From Anaeromyxobacteraceae bacterium (GTDB lineage: Bacteria; Myxococcota; Myxococcia; Myxococcales; Anaeromyxobacteraceae), in the NCBI GenBank assembly GCA_032654565.1, contig JAULAX010000002.1:64001-128000 (forward strand): DNA of 64,000 nt, read 5' to 3'. Shown one piece after another: positions 63,293-64,000 of the stretch. The notes under the pieces were generated by a model. It did not search any database and was not told where the DNA came from. It worked only from the letters and a program-made list of their open reading frames with translations. Numbering within the stretch: position 1 is the first letter of the stretch; every line of letters starts with the position of its first letter. Position numbers and translations under genes: made by a program.

Positions 63293-64000
63293 GCCGCCCG
63301 GTCCGCGTCCTCATCCCGGTCGGCTTCGGCCTCAACTGCGAGGAGGAGACCGCCGCCGCCTTCCGCATGGTCGGCGCCGAGGTGGAGCTGGTCCACCTCA
63401 CCGATCTCTTCGCCCGGCGGGCGCCGCGGCGCATCGCCGACTACCAGGTGCTGGCCATGGTGGGCGGCTTCTCCTACGGCGACCACGTGGCCGGCGGCCT
63501 GGTGCTGGCCACCCGCATCCGCGCCCACCTGCAGGCCGACCTCTCCGAGTTCCTGGGGAGCGGCGGCCGGGTGCTCGGCATCTGCAACGGCTTCCAGACC
63601 CTGACCCGGCTCGGGCTGCTGCCCGGCCCGGAGGCGGGGCCGCCCGACTTCGCGCCGCGGGCGGCGCTCACCAACAACGACCGGCTCGGCTACCGCGACG
63701 CCTGGGTCCGCATCGGCGTCGACCCGACGACCCGGTCGGTCTGGACCCGCGGGGTCACCGCGCTCGACGTGCCGACGCGGCACGGCGAGGGGAAGTTCGT
63801 GGTCGAGTCCTCCGAGGTGCTGGGCCGGCTCGACCAGCGCGGCCAGCTGGCCTTCCGCTGGATCGACGCCGCCGGGAAGCCCACCGAGGCCTGGCCGGAG
63901 AACCCCAACGGCTCGGCGCTGGGGGTGGCCGGCGTCACCGACTCGACCGGGCGCATCCTCGGGCTGATGCCCCACCCGGACGCCTTCCTCTACCCGTGGC
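63289..64000 (+). CDS. purQ: FGAM synthase glutaminase subunit (partial, runs off the window)
   Basis: ATGA overlap with purL; GFGLNCEEE, GGFSYGD, LGICNGFQ, HGEG, NPNGS, GLMPHP. Confidence 0.92.
   Translation, partial: MSRPVRVLIPVGFGLNCEEETAAAFRMVGAEVELVHLTDLFARRAPRRIADYQVLAMVGGFSYGDHVAGGLVLATRIRAHLQADLSEFLGSGGRVLGICNGFQTLTRLGLLPGPEAGPPDFAPRAALTNNDRLGYRDAWVRIGVDPTTRSVWTRGVTALDVPTRHGEGKFVVESSEVLGRLDQRGQLAFRWIDAAGKPTEAWPENPNGSALGVAGVTDSTGRILGLMPHPDAFLYPW

Overview
Very GC-rich bacterial chromosomal segment whose gene content (multiheme cytochrome with porin, MCPs, sigma54 promoters, DUF3516 helicase, TPR proteins) fits an Anaeromyxobacter-like Myxococcota genome; that assignment is inferred. 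It has about 50 CDS, one tRNA-Ala(CGC), and no integrase, transposase, rRNA or CRISPR. Most genes are housekeeping: mscS, P-type ATPase, glnK/glnB, amtB, msrB-msrA fusion, ldcA, mpl, acs, FKBP PPIase, gdhA, a MacAB-type ABC exporter, alr, purL and purQ. Four things stand out. (1) A nitrogen regulon can be read from the DNA: a 17-bp NtrC-spaced palindrome (TGCCC-N7-GGGCA) lies upstream of glnK, amtB, gdhA and a five-gene operon of transglutaminase/DUF2126 amidoligase, circularly permuted ATP-grasp and alpha-E genes, and three of these also have a sigma54 -24/-12 promoter. That operon is unusual: it has two DUF2126 proteins, an Ntn domain that begins with Pro instead of Cys and is fused to a transglutaminase, and a probable CTG start. 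(2) A tandem array of five structured ~169-bp non-coding repeats sits inside the ldcA-hydrolase-mpl peptidoglycan-recycling cluster. (3) An FNR-box-preceded porin plus 12-heme lipoprotein pair is followed by a 119-bp MITE-like element. (4) A porin-PBP-MCP operon is divergent from an MCP with a degenerate signalling tip. All calls are by eye from motifs; no database searches were run.
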